Shown piece after piece: positions 63,686-64,000 of a stretch of 64,000 nucleotides of DNA (positions are counted from its first letter, which is position 1; every line of letters starts with the position of its first letter). The DNA comes from an uncultured virus (IMG/VR IMGVR_UViG_3300009163_000001) (Duplodnaviria > Heunggongvirae > Uroviricota > Caudoviricetes), in IMG/VR virus record IMGVR_UViG_3300009163_000001. One strand, written 5' to 3'. The notes beneath the pieces are model-generated. The model ran no database searches. It was not told where the DNA came from and saw only the letters and a program-made list of their open reading frames with translations. The translations under genes were made by a program, and so were the position numbers.

Positions 63686-64000
63686 GTAGTGTACCATTGC
63701 ATAAGAAGGGTAACACTAAGGTACTAAAGGTTAGTGATGGCTATGATGTTACTCTATACGGACATCTTATAGTACAAGTGCGTGGTAACCTTATCCACAT
63801 GAATACTTGTGGCTATAGTACGGCTACCACTAAACAGCGTATGAACATGGTACTCGCTATTGAAGGGATCAACATTCGTGTTGGTTCTGTTAAGGGTAGG
63901 TGGTACTGTGGTAACAATCCGTTCTGTCATCAACTCAATACATATTACTATGGCGTACATAATAATAACTTGTATTGTACTATCAATAAGGATAACGCAT
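63682..64000 (+). CDS. 3'-truncated hypothetical phage protein
   Basis: ATGA-coupled; open to the window end; VTLYGH.I...GYSTATTKQRMN pattern. Confidence 0.7.
   Translation, partial: MSSVPLHKKGNTKVLKVSDGYDVTLYGHLIVQVRGNLIHMNTCGYSTATTKQRMNMVLAIEGINIRVGSVKGRWYCGNNPFCHQLNTYYYGVHNNNLYCTINKDNA

Noticed and set aside
1568..63960. Minus-strand ORFs in the track
   Set aside because: They are antisense shadows of well-supported + strand genes or lie in palindromic DNA, with no recognisable motifs.

Overview
This window is almost the whole genome of an AT-rich, lytic T7-like podophage (Autographiviridae-type), with all credible genes on the + strand. It appears circularly permuted, since it starts and ends inside the small early-gene region. 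Order: early ORFs, three tRNAs and a DUF932-like gene (1-5530); single-subunit RNA polymerase (5673-8168); DNA metabolism genes (phosphoesterase, SSB, RusA, ThyX, primase-helicase, PolA, dNMP kinase, exonuclease, degenerate dUTPase, class II RNR; to 19814); head and tail genes with a 2290-aa fibre; lysis-type membrane genes; terminase; then, unusually after the terminase, the internal virion proteins (one ends in a GH24 lysozyme, one is 3723 aa). The ~1.1-kb non-coding block at 60021-61149 probably holds the genome ends. Most notable: (i) a phage promoter CAATA-GTTGGGG-C-TATAG in exact T7 register with a different specificity core; (ii) an ECF-sigma-like module plus an HExxH peptidase inside the giant virion protein; (iii) a ~470-nt densely base-paired candidate ncRNA/leader ahead of the first early gene, and a second hairpin array; (iv) a tRNA-like RNA with a shrunken anticodon arm; (v) duplicated covarying intergenic modules. 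All calls come from motif recognition by eye; no searches or folding programs were run. The host is unknown.
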